The notes beneath the pieces are model-generated. The model was not told the origin of the DNA and did not search any database. It saw only the letters and a list, made by a program, of their open reading frames with translations. Below are positions 39,064 through 51,749 of a DNA stretch of 64,000 bases, one piece after another. The position numbers were made by a program, and so were the translations under genes. Position 1 is the first letter of the stretch, and each line of letters opens with the position of its first letter. Source of the stretch: Lingula anatina (Eukaryota > Animalia > Brachiopoda); assembly GCA_051362555.1 (NCBI GenBank), contig CM120644.1, positions 2,302,954 through 2,366,953 on the forward strand, read 5' to 3'.

Positions 39064-41137
39064 CACTGTAAAAACAGTGCTTATAGCATTTAAATACATA
39101 CAACATACGTTAAGCACCTATACGCATTTAGAAATATGTGTAAAAGCTAAGCACGTATAGCTTTTCAAGCGTTTCACAGAAGAAAATGCTAGACACGTTG
39201 GCAGTGTTACACGTTTAGCTATGTGCTTAGCTTCACCGGTATATGGATCTATAATAAGTCTATCACAAGCTAAGCACATTGGCTAAGCACTTCCGCTGCT
39301 AAGCGCGTGAGGCTGCTAAACATATGGAGCTGCTATAGGTGTGGAATTCCTAAACGCGTGGAGCTGCTGAAAAATACCCTCTATCAAGGCCGCAGTTCTT
39401 GGGGACATTTTTTGCTGAGGCGACATCAGACCAAATTGACTATCTATTTATCTAGAGACATATCTGTGAAAAATCAATCTGTCGCCCTGGTAGAGGGTAG
39501 CTGAACATCAAGTTTAGCTTTTCAAGCTTCTTTCAGAAGAAATAAAAATGTTTAACATTCTTAGAAGTGTCGCACTTTTAGCTATGTGATTAGTTTCACC
39601 GGTCCCATAAGTTTATTACAAGGCTCAACAATTTGGCTAAACACTTCCCCTTGTAAACGTGTGTAGCTGTGGAAGGCGTGGAGCAGTCTGCTCGAACGCT
39701 TGGTGTCCTTCCTTGCAGTACGAGTGCTTATTTAAAATACGCCTATTAAAGATGCATACAAAGTCAATTTTTTGCTCAAAAACCAACCAAATACCAGTAT
39801 ATAGTTTCAAAAAGTATAATTAAGGAAATTGCCAGAAGGCATTGATTAATATTACCTGAAAAATGATATTTGAATGGATTTTTCTGTTAGCTTACTATCC
39901 TGTATATATACCCGGTACATGGGGCAGAAAAGTAGGTCACATAAGTAGGTTAAATTTCTGACCAAAAATTAAAAGAGCAATCTAAAGCTCTTTTATGGCT
40001 GATCGAGTGATTTATTCAGTTTGTCCCTTGGCATGTCGACTTTATTTGAGTCGTATAAGAATCTAGTAGAGGTGGTTTATATGTGTTACTGGCAACCCAC
40101 GCTCCACCGATGCTCGATTCATATGTACCTTTAAGTAATAATTCAAATAACAAATAACGTTTTCACGACGTTATCAGATGGTTACATGCTGGTAATGGTA
40201 TAGAAGAACATTATGGTAACGTTATGGGTGTTTTAACTCCATGCAAAATGATGTACAGTAACGTTATAATTTGTAAAAAGATTCGAAGACCTTTTCTACA
40301 AAATTTTATGATACATGTAACATCATTTTGTGGAGTTTTATCAGCGTGTTTATAACATTCTGGAAAAACATAATGTTTTGAAAACATTTTTTATATAAAT
40401 AACCAAAACACGTCTTATGCTGTTTGAACTACAGTTAGTGGTTATTTCCAAAATTGGCTTGGGGTTTGTGGGCGACTAGAGCGGTGCAAATATTCGGACT
40501 ATCGGTACCGAAATAACCAGCATGTGATGAAAGCTTAAATAAAGTATTATAATGAATACCCCACCATCATCCTGATGTTCTATTGTTCATTACTTCCGGC
40601 AAAAAATAATAGATATCACTACCGTAACGCATTTTATCAAAATATGGAGAAAGGTGTTTTAAAGTAAAAATGATAATTGTTTCGTGCCTTTAGTGAACTA
40701 GTGAATTTCCCTAACCTGCTTTTCAGAAATACATTCCAATAAACTACCTCGCAAGGTCAGATAACACAAGGATGAATAAGTACAGCTGTAAAGATGATAG
40801 TGGGAAGTCAACGATGTTGACAGTTCACGGTACCCTGTTATAGAAAGAGATAACTATAGCAGTTAAAGGTGACCGTGAGTTCGTCTGTGTGTGTGTGTGT
40901 GTGTGTGCGCGTGCGCGTGCGCGCGCATGTGTGCGACTAAAACAGTTGAAACCCTTAGCACCTAAAGTTAAACAAATACACCCTACGTTTATAAGCCGTC
41001 AAACGCGCCATACTGCTAAACACAAGCGTGTAACATGTTAAGAAGCTAAACATGTTAGGATCTAAACGCGTGGAAAAAGTGGAGACAAAACAGGCGCTTA
41101 GAAATGTGTTTAGGAGCTAAACACTGATTTTACAGTG
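39064..41137. mobile_element. Non-autonomous DNA transposon with CACTG termini (CMC/EnSpm-like)
   Basis: TIRs CACTGTAAAAACAGTG and CACTGATTTTACAGTG (1 mismatch), flanked by TA on both sides. Sub-terminal GCTAAGCAC/GCTAAAC repeats, no ORF. Confidence 0.7.
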
Positions 41138-42819
41138 TATGCGGTAAAATAATGGAAAGCGGTGCTCGTGCGCAGCAAGGATGAGTACCTATAATCATGA
41201 AATTATCTTAGGCTCCCCAAACTGTTATTATATTACATCGTTCCGTATCGTTGTTATTATTATATAGAGATGACTTGTTACTTGCGGACCACAAGTCAAC
41301 AAAAAAAGACGCAAAATAAGTTTTAACATAATACACATGACTTACGATGGCATTTTAAGTTCCCAGCCAAGGAAATATCAAGATAAAGTGTTCTGTCAAT
41401 CGACGACCCCCCTCCCTTGGAAACGTAGGGTGATAACGCCTCATATGCCTGATCTTTAAAATGGAATATCAATTCCAAACTGTCGATTCTTTAAGATGTG
41501 ACCGATTGTATAAAGTGAGTATCAGTTCCAAGCTTTCAATTCTTTAAAATCAAGATACAATCTATACAAGCATGTGAGCTATAGTTCAATAAAAAATCAC
41601 AGACCAGTACACCAGACCTCTTTTAATGTGTTTTATAACATAAGAGAAGAGACAACCAAGCACACTTCTCAGAAATGTCCTCTCTATGAAGCTACAGGAC
41701 GGGTCTGTGTCACGAAGCTTAATGCATGCAGGTTTCATCAGGTATTTTAGATACATAAGTGAGGCTGGAAATTCACTTCATGATGTTTGTCTTACTCACG
41801 TAATCACTCATCCTTGCTCTTGCACTAGTTAAGTTTCTCAGATTACCCATTGGAGGGAGGAACCCTAACTGCGTTTCGAGAATATCAGTATTCTGCATTA
41901 ATTGCCATTAGAATGCTTTTCGTTTTAATATCATCCTTAAGTATTACATGAACATTTTATTATATAAAGAGGTGGTAGTGTATAAAGTACACTAGTATGT
42001 ACAGGTTAAATGCAATGAACTATTCAGTATTACTAAATGTCATAATTTCAATGTTCATGGTGTTGATTTATATGAAACAAATCACCTGCAAAATCAGCTT
42101 TATTCAGTGTCTCCCAAAGACATACAATTTAAAGGTAAAAGGATAACAACTCTTCATATGAGATACAGATTTTACAAAATTACATTGTAAGCAACACATA
42201 AAAGTAAATAAATTCCATTTACCACAAAGCGGCGCTTACTGCAATTATTCTGAAATCTGTGCATGCTATCGGACCACGTGGTCCTTCATAAATGGCTACC
42301 CTCTGTAAAATTCTCTAAAGAGATTAAGAAAAAAATATTTAAACAAACAAACAAACGAACAAAAATGAACATTCAAGTAACTTTGAATGTCGGAACGGAT
42401 TGAGAAAGTATGTTTTTTTCTCCCAGGAAAAGCCGTTTTCCCACTAAAACCAAGAGTTATCATCCCAGATTTCTTTTGTACGCGTTACTTTGTCATTACA
42501 TTGATGCCATTTCGAACATAATGTTTAAATCATTGTTCATTATTTTACACTTAATGTACTCTGAAATTTCGCGTTACTACCGTATTTCAAAACGGAACGA
42601 TAGTGACTGCGCACTGCAGGCGTTAAAATCACGGTGTCGATCAAGATGCTACAGAAAAAAAAAATTCTTTAAAACAATGACTCTAGGACCTAACTGACAT
42701 ATCATCAAACAGTATGTGATAGAATTTCTAACATTTTTTATGTCTTTAAAATAACAAAGCAGATTGCGTCATTTGTCACATCGGCAAAATGACAATTAAT
42801 TAAATTAAAGCGTCTCAAG

Positions 42820-44834
42820 CTAAATAACAACTGTACTGCTTTGTGAAGGGTCACATCCAACGTTCAAAAGTCTGGTTACAGAGGTACCGGGCAAGCAAAT
42901 CTCCCGTTCACATGTTCCCATCCACCAATAACAACCTTCTTCTCTGGAGATGGTCACCTTGTAACAATATTTCTCAGGGATGTTAGTGACAACGTTATCC
43001 ATCGAGGTGGCAACGAGGTGTTGTCTAACCTCTGCAGGCGTTGGGTTGTGGTCCAGAGTACTCATGTAGGCAGCGGCGGCACCGGCCACCATGGGACTAG
43101 CCATGGACGTACCGCTTTTTAACGCAGAGCTATAAGGGCTTCCTACGTGGGCACTCAGGATGAACCGTCCGGGGGCCCATATGTCCACCCTGGGTCCATA
43201 GTTGGAGAAATATGCCCTGTCGTCATTGTCCCACGTTGCCCCAACTGTAAAGGCTTCCTCGGCATTGGCGGGTGACTTGAACGAAGTCAGTGAGTTATCA
43301 TTCCCAGCAGCGACCACGACTACAATTCCAGCCTCGGTCACTAACGTGTTGACGAGATCATCCTAAAGGTCTTGCTGTACTCCCCCTAAGGACATATTGA
43401 TGATGGACTTTCGTTTTGTCACGTTCACTTGATCACGCACCCATTCTAACATTGCCAGAATTCCGCTGCGATAGCCATAGCCTTGATCGCCCAATACCTT
43501 CACATTGATCAGATTGACGTTCTTGGCAACGCCTGTGATAATGCCTCCAACAGTCCCTGCAACGTGAGTCCCATGACCATGGATGTCTGTATCTGACCAA
43601 GTGGCGTCTGCTTTATTTCCAAATGTCACCCTACTGGTGTTGTCCTCACGTAAAAATTGCTGGTGCTCGGCATAAACCCCAGTGTCAAATATATATACAT
43701 CGACGTCACTTCCTGTTCCCTTCACGTTGAACTTGCCGTTAGGAAGTCGCGTTGTCTGGTCGATTCTGTCAAGACCCTGTGTAAGGAAGTAATATTATCA
43801 AATTGAAAAAGGACCAAATATGAAGATAAATGAAAAGGCGCAGGATAGGTGTATATTGAAGCGTGACGCCCCATTGACAGTTCCTTTACCAAGTCTGCGA
43901 ATAGCCTGCGGTTCGTTGGTGCCAAATCATACAACGAGAAGATAAGAAAAACTTTATTTCCCTGTGAGGCACGGAATCCTCATGAGACCAGTGCTATTTA
44001 ACATACTTCCGTACATAAAACGCACATAATTCAAAATACTTACTTATCGGATGTCTCGATTGTGAGAAATTTTATTTCCCCTACTTCATGAAATTTTCCT
44101 GTCTGCGGTCCCCGACCACGTCTTGTGTTGCCAAAGGCTGTGGGGCTCATTTCAGCTTTCAAAGTGTTGGTAAAATCTAATGCTGTTAAGGTAGATCGGT
44201 CGTTACATGTTCCAACGTTCGAATTTTTTTTTTAAATTTTTTTTGTTTGAAGAGACACCCAAGTACATTAAAAATTTGCAAAAAAAATTGGGGGTCACCG
44301 ATCAAATAAGAGAACTAGCCCCAAATATGATACACCCTGCATATCGCACTAGTCCCCATTCAAATCAATGGGAAAATGGGTGTTTTCTCACTAAAGCATT
44401 ATTTTTTATGACTTTCTGACGTTCGAATTTTTTTAAAAATTTTTTTGAGTAAAGAGGCCTCCAAGTACATTTAAATTTTACCAAAAAAATTGGGGGTCAC
44501 CGACCAAATAAGAGAACTACGCCAAGTTGAAGTGCATTACACCCTGCGTGACGCACTATTCCCCATTCCAATCAATGGGGAAATGGGTGTTTTTCACCAA
44601 AACGTTATTTTTTATGATTTTTCTAACGTTTGAATTTTTTAAAAAAACTTTTTGTGTAAAGAGGCATCCAAGTAGATTTTAATATTGCCAAAAAAGTTGG
44701 GGGTCACCGACCAAATAAGAGAAATACGCCAAGTTGAAGTGCGTTACACCCTGCGTGACGCACTTGTCGGAAGTCCCCATTCAAATCAATGGGAAATGGG
44801 TGTTTTTCACTAAATTGTTATTTTTTATGATTTT

Positions 44835-44873
<39 letters not shown>

Positions 44874-46801
44874 AGAGACATCTAAGTACATTTAAAACTT
44901 TCATTATGTTTAACAGTTGAAGTGAGTATACTCAGCTATTTTCAGATTTGTCAAACTGATGAGAAGGTGTAAGCCATTAACTTTACAACAAAATTCTTGA
45001 CGAGAATAATAAGGGAAATACTCATGCATATGAAAATAGTTTATTGCCGTTGTTATTTTTTAATGAATAAAACATGAACGTGACATCGTAAACACTGTGT
45101 TGTCAAGTAAAATGAAGCGTCTGATACAAAGTATCAAATGCGGTATTCACGTGCATGCTTGCTTGCGGTGCGTTTAGTACACTTTGTTTACACTGACTAG
45201 TCAAGGTCAGAAGTGCACAATTTTTCTGTATAATATAACGCAGTTTCAATTTTGATTAGTGAATTATCTTCAAGCTGTATGGCCATTTTCTGAACATTTG
45301 TGTAAGCTACGAAATATTTCTCAGTCCAAATTTCTCTAAGTCCAAATGAGTGGCGGTACGACGCACTTCCGGTTTTCGTCGAAATCTAAGCTGCGGTTTG
45401 CAGCACATTCAGGGCGTTCTACCTCAAAATGTACGCAGCCGCTTTGATTTGAATTTACAACACATATTCTTTACATGATATAGCATCTACGTGCATAATT
45501 TGAGAGCTTTAGCTGTCATACATCTCTAGTGCCAATTCAAATTGTAAAAGGAGCTATTCCGACGATTTCTTGAAGGGCAAGTCTATGAACGTGCTACAGT
45601 TATCGTATGGATTCATAGTCGACAAACAATGTCGAAAATCTGTATCGATCATACAGAGTTACAGACAAGTTGATAATGTGTGTTTATCTTATAGATAATT
45701 GTTTTATTTCCTCAAATTGATAAAACAGACTAAAGTGTCGTTAGAGACGATTGACGATGCGCTGAAATTGCGCAAATCGTCAAATTACGTAACGACCGAT
45801 CTACCTTAAAATAAATGTGAAATGTTAAAAAATCAAAATATTTGAACTCTGCAAGAACAATATATATACAGATCTATGTTGAAGTGTACCTATAGCCACC
45901 TTTAGTGCACCTTTCAATTAATGCTTATTTATGCTCATTTTTTTTTAAAGAATGAGTGCAGTGTTAAGTAATCAAGCGAATTTCTTTATAGAGAGAAGAG
46001 AAAAATACATGTCGTAAATATATGTATATTTTGTCTATGTGTATAGTTAATGTATATGTGTCTCACAATTTAATAAATTCACCGTTTGTTATTATCAAAT
46101 CATATAAGTACCGAGTTGCAGCAATATCCATTCTCTATGTAAAGATAGTCGAACGTTTTGGATTCATAATCTTTACAACAGTTGAATTATTCCCTACAAA
46201 AGATTTTTTAATAGTAAAACACCTTACCCTTCCCACGTGAGAGGCCAGTCTTTAATTTCACTATGTATGAATCCGGTATGCCATCGCCACCGATGTATCG
46301 AATTACTTCAGCTAAGGAAAGCAAATATATGTAATGTTTAAAGAAAAAATGAATACAGAACGAATAAAGTACTGAAGGAAATATACTTTTTTAAGAACGG
46401 TGCTCGATTAAAAGAGGCGCATTTGTGATAAAAAAAGTAAATTGTTATCTGATCGCGTCTATGCAATTACTACAGCCATACTAATGAACAATTTATAAAG
46501 TTTAGCACATGTCGAATGTCGCATGAACCGCTTCCAATTACCTCTCAAGCTCAGGTTGATAACACATATAAGAATTGTGGGCTTCTTAAGTCACAAAGAC
46601 ACATATAATTCAATATAATAAACAGAAGATTTAAGTTTTACCTCCATTTTTATCTGCAGGTGTCCTCTGTATCTTTCCATACTTTCGTTGACTGTGTGGT
46701 GGACTTCCCACCATAACTGTATCCTGGTATATGTGTTTCTTAGAGCAGCAGAGACTCGCAATGGTGACCAGCAGAATTTACAGCAACGCAAATTGTGCCA
46801 T
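42820..46801 (-). pseudogene. S8A protease B, unit 2 copy, pseudogene
   Basis: Exons 46801-46642 (TTA to TAA at codon 8, 46780-46778), 46311-46228, 44176-44044 and 43776-42820 (TAG at 43365-43363). Exon 4 is deleted, leaving only ~270 bp between exons 3 and 5. A transposon is inserted beside the exon 3 acceptor. Confidence 0.9.
44190..45805. mobile_element. Non-autonomous TTAA-targeting DNA transposon (Kolobok-like), 1616 bp, with three internal ~205-bp tandem repeats
   Basis: Perfect 17-bp TIR GGTAGATCGGTCGTTAC (44190-44206 and 45789-45805) with TTAA TSD at 44186-44189 and 45806-45809. A single TTAA marks the empty site at 14936-14939 in unit 1. Repeat units start at ~44215, 44419 and 44626. 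Confidence 0.9.
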
Positions 46802-48939
46802 GTTGCGTCTAAAGAAGATGTATGAAAACCCATGTTTGATAGTCAATAAATGTACCATAAAGTATTCCGGGGTCATTGAAGGATTGCATTATAATAGTAG
46901 TTTAAATATAACCTGTTTGTGTCTATCTGTATTGTATATTTGATTTGATGAATTCTGAATTAACTGACATAATATTGTATAACAGCCTTTCGATAACAGA
47001 CGTTATGTAAATGCTTATGACGTCAGCTGATTTATGCAACATGAATGCACACCATGGAACGACCAAGTGATTTTCAGCACGGTGAGGACATCTTTTAACA
47101 TTGAATAGATAAATCTATTAATGTCTAATCTAAAAAGAAAGCAACTTGACTGTACGTCACTGAATAATAATTTCTGATGTCCAGTAACATACAACAGATA
47201 GTTCAATTATCTTAGAGAAAAAGAAAATTCAGCTTATTCTCATTCGATTAAAAAAAGGAGCACTTACTTAGCCAAGTGTAAAACTCTCAGTCTTGACGTT
47301 ATACCCTGGAGAGTCAACACTTTGAAAATGTTCTTTACTGCAAGGACCAACTACATCTGTCGGAGACCCTGAGGTATTATACTTGGACAATGGAGAGTAG
47401 CAAGTGAATGTCCTGTCTCTTGTCTCATAAATCATCTAATCCCGCGCACTTATCCCGCTATCTTTACGTCTTACATGCATGGTTGAAATTGTCCCCGTTT
47501 TTATTAATATTCTATGAGACCCCACTCCCATAGATTTTAGATCGATCTATCCCTGTGGGGAGTCTCACTAGATTACTGTCAGCTTAGCCGGCTTAAGCGT
47601 CTGTCCCGCTTACTAAAAGCTGTAAGGGGGTAATTAACTATGGTGCGCGCTCGGCTGACTGCAATTTAGCGTGATACCCCTGGGAGTTAGGTTGATCTAA
47701 ATCTAAATCTCTGGATTGATCTAAATCTCTGGGAATGCACCCTTAGACTTTTCTGACTGCACATGTGGTGGTTTACGTTGCCACCACCGCCGCCCTTTAC
47801 ATCATTTAATTTGGCTGTAATCATGACCCCAATTTTAACATTTTAGTAATGTTAATAATTTACAGCCATGAGTGGATAAGGAGGGGGGAGTTTTGTAGAG
47901 CAACTGAGCTGATTGACATGCTCTTATGATACTTATTATATAACTGCGTGCAATTGAAACGACAGAAGGCCGCAAGAGAGAGCATGAGGTAGAGATAGAA
48001 AAGAAAAGAAAACGGTGCAGGAACCAACTGCAAAGTAGTTAATAAATAATATGAAAGATTATAACAGAGTTGTATTTACTACCTTGCATAACAGCTAAAG
48101 ATAAAGACAAAAACTTCGTGACATTTTTTGACAAATGTGTTACGATCGAATAAAGCCCCACATTTTGTTTAATGTACAACAGTACCATATGTCTCCGCTT
48201 AGGTAATTCAGGTGCATTGTTGCATACGCCAGGAAAATATGAGAGAGCACCTTAGAAATTATATTTTTTAGCAGTGAAGTTGAAACTTGTTTCAAGTAAA
48301 TCGTTATGGCTTCAAAAGGTTTGTGCCGTGAGTTATGGGTAAAAAGTACAACCGCATAACGCATGGGTGTATTGTTTAAAGATAAAGAGAGATACAACTA
48401 CCCAGCTTAACAAAGACCAACTTATTGCGGGATCGCTATTTCAAATTGACCGAAGGTGTAAAAAATTTGGCGTCCATTTTGTTTGTAAAATATAAGGTAA
48501 ATTATTATCTTTTATGTTTATTTGGAATCATTAAATGTTATTTTGTCATTATTGTTCTCAAAGTTGCATCACTCAAATTTTAAATGATTGTGAAAATAAC
48601 TTCATTTGTCGTCATATCCATTTTCGGATGACTTGTGGTCAAAGCAGTCATATCATCAATGCACATCACATAAGATATGTCTACCCTATATAATAAGACC
48701 GCCATTTATACCGATATCGTACGATAAATGCAACACTTTGGGCAGCGTTAGACCATACTAAAATAATAGTTCACATATACATGAATCAACACCACCTCCT
48801 TTCCTTCTGCATCATTTATGGCATATACCGAAGATTATTGTTAATCCGTTGAATCCTAGCTAATTTCATATGCCACGATGTTACAGAGTCACTGTCATTT
48901 TCATTGTGCTATTATATGAATATTACGATAATTCAAGGA

Positions 48940-49670
48940 GAGTTTGTCTATAATAAATAAATAATAAATTTATTTAAAGTCTAAAATCCATTTAAAATGT
49001 TCAGTAGACTTTATATAAAATATCATAAATAATACTACATAAAATATCATAAATAAAATCTAGGTAAAAACAACCATTATTCCATACAATTAAATGCAAT
49101 TAATACAAGATTTATAAAACCAATTAAGAGTTAATCAAAATATTTCCTAAAAAGAGTTCTTTTTTAAAATGTTTGGTAGACTGAATTGCTCGGATTTCCA
49201 GCGGTAATAGATTCCATTCCTTTGGACCTGCAGATATATCACCGTAGGTTTTTAATCGCATTTTTACTGGGTTGAGTAGCAATTGGTCTACAGACCGCAG
49301 ATTTCGCATTGGAACATAGTGACTGACTAATTCATTGATGTACAACAGGTAGATTGGTGTCAATCCATTAAAAGCATCATGAGTAAAAACTAAAAATTTG
49401 AATAAAATTCTGGCTTGTAGAGGTAGCCAGTGTAAACTTTTTTAAAACTGGGGAGATGTGTATACTTGTGGATGTCCGAGTTAATAATCTAGCCGAAATA
49501 TTTTAAATGCGCTGCAGTCCAGCAATTTGTTTCTTTGGACAACCGTATAAAATGGAGTTGCAGTAATCTAATCGAGATGTAACTAAACAGTTTATAACTG
49601 TGGCTGCACCAGAGTCAGACAACTGATTGCGAATTGCACTTAAGTTAGTAATGTTAAAAACCTCTCAATT
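48940..49670 (-). mobile_element. 5'-truncated L2/CR1-clade LINE fragment
   Basis: Decayed RT C-terminal motifs SRLDYCNSILYG, LHWLPLQARI and YVPMRNLRS. Absent from the paralogous site in unit 1. Confidence 0.8.
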
Positions 49671-51749
49671 AGGATAAAAAATAACAGTAGTATATCCAAA
49701 TGTAAGAAACACGCGCTATCTATATTTTGTTATCAATAATCCAAGAAATGCAGGTAGGTTGTAGATTCCAAAAGTCGTATGTAAATGTTTTTGTATTGAA
49801 ATTGCTATAAACACACTTTCTTTTTAAAACAATTGGCATAACAGTTTGTTACGTTTGCATTAAGTTGTGCTAGCAGTATGGTGGGCGGAATTTGACAATA
49901 ACTTCACATTAAACCAGTGTATCTAGCTTGTTTTTCTGAAAAAAAAATGTCCATGAAAATAGATAACCTCCAAACTAGGAAGAAGAATCGATGGCATGTA
50001 CAGAACTTGAAGTTTGTACATACAATGTAACAACAGTGTTGTACTGGCAGGGGTATCGTGGAGCTTTAAACGAAACAGACATGATAATATATCGACGAGA
50101 CGAAGTTTAAACAATTATCTCCTCTAGCTCTCGTAAAGATTCTTGTAGTGTGTCGAGTTGCGGACAGCTCGGTGTCAGTGCTGGAAGAACTGACCTCTGG
50201 ACTTTTTTCTGGATACTGCAAAAGTCAGGGACTGTATAGTATCCATTTGTAAGGTAATTGATTATTTTGTCAAACCGCCACGTTCAACTGACAGCAATCA
50301 CCCTGCGTCAAGAATGAAGTGTGGTTATTTAAATTAAAATAATCCGCGGGAAAAATAATAGTCCCTTTAGTGTCCGACATCCCCACTCCTGCATGCGTTG
50401 CATGTTAAGATATGTGTTCACTAATTAATCGGAAACCATCTTTTTCTCGCTATGAGTAGTCTGGCATTCTCACAAAGTTTACAAAAGATGAGGTAGTAAT
50501 GTCACGAAACGGACGTCAATTACACGTGTTGCTTGTATTGATACAAATGCAAGTATCTTTTACGCATATATTCTACCACTTCATCTGTACATGGATATTT
50601 ACTGGTACCGTACAATTGGTTGCACTATTTGAAATGTGTCTACTATAAAAATATAATAAGCATGATAGAAACAAATGTCTCTTTTCTCTTTTTGCAAAGC
50701 GTATAAGATAAAACAAAATTATCAAACGGAGCTAGAATGCAAAAACTTAAGCAACACCGAGGAAACAAACCGCGTCGAAATGGTAACATTTTATACACGG
50801 GAGATATTATGTTGAATAAAATCTGTTTCAAGTGTATCGCTCAAGCATACATAGTTGGATTGAAATAATTGCTCGGGATTTTGCTTACGGATTGTTATAC
50901 CGGTTAAACCGCTCTTAATTGTCATCCTTATAATCACATATTTTTGTTCATTTATCCAATGCATGCTGGTATACAAGAAACGACACAATTAAAGGAGACT
51001 AATCTGATGCGCTTTCATGTCAATTCTTTATTTTAAAGTTCTCATAGACATTCAATGATGCACCGTATATTAAATTTGAATTTGCAATCTATTTAACTGA
51101 CTTTTATATAATTCCTTTTTAATGGCACTTAAATGATTAATATAAATAAAACTGTTGGAAGAATATACACAGGGTAAATGAGTGCTTTTTATTTTGGTTG
51201 GGTCACTGAGCAAAATGTCTAGGTTTAATGCACTCATTCGGTAAGCAAAGTATACTGCTTTCAAATGTTCATCCATCTATAATTTTCCACTGGACAGATG
51301 GAAACAATACTACAAAATACTACTACTACAATATTACTACTACAAAACGGTGATGCTAAAGCCTTAAAATACCCCCTTGCTTAAAATATGAAACAAAATA
51401 AATATTCATCTAACATAGCCGCACAAATTATTTTAGTGACAATGATGGCATTTACATATAAGTGCACAAACATTATAATTGATATGTTACTTTCACAAAA
51501 ATGGCCAGCAAAAAATATTCACATGTATGTTCTCTAAAATTGATTTGTTTCCTGCAATACTTGTATTGCCTAGTGACATGATGGTGCCATGGAAAAATCA
51601 ATGGATTTTAACGATGATGATATCCTCATTAGCAAAATGGGCACTGAAAAACCTTCAATGTCTTACCTGTATATGTATATAGAAAACAAGATTTGTTAGG
51701 AATTTGAACATGACGTTGCGTCTACTGTCATTTTATGCATATGTCGTAT

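Noticed and set aside
43363-43365. Stop-codon readthrough or recoding at in-frame stops (43363, 63701, 23758, 46778)
   Set aside because: They are TAG/TAA replacing ordinary codons of the paralog and mostly co-occur with other disabling lesions, so pseudogenisation is simpler.
44215-44830. Three ~205-bp direct repeats considered as a CRISPR-like or other functional array
   Set aside because: Units are contiguous with no unique spacers, lie inside a TIR element, and the DNA is eukaryotic with no cas genes.
50128-50253. Exon-like segment on the plus strand bounded by CTCCTCTAG and AAG-GTAATT
   Set aside because: All three frames contain a stop, with no recognisable motif or partner exon.
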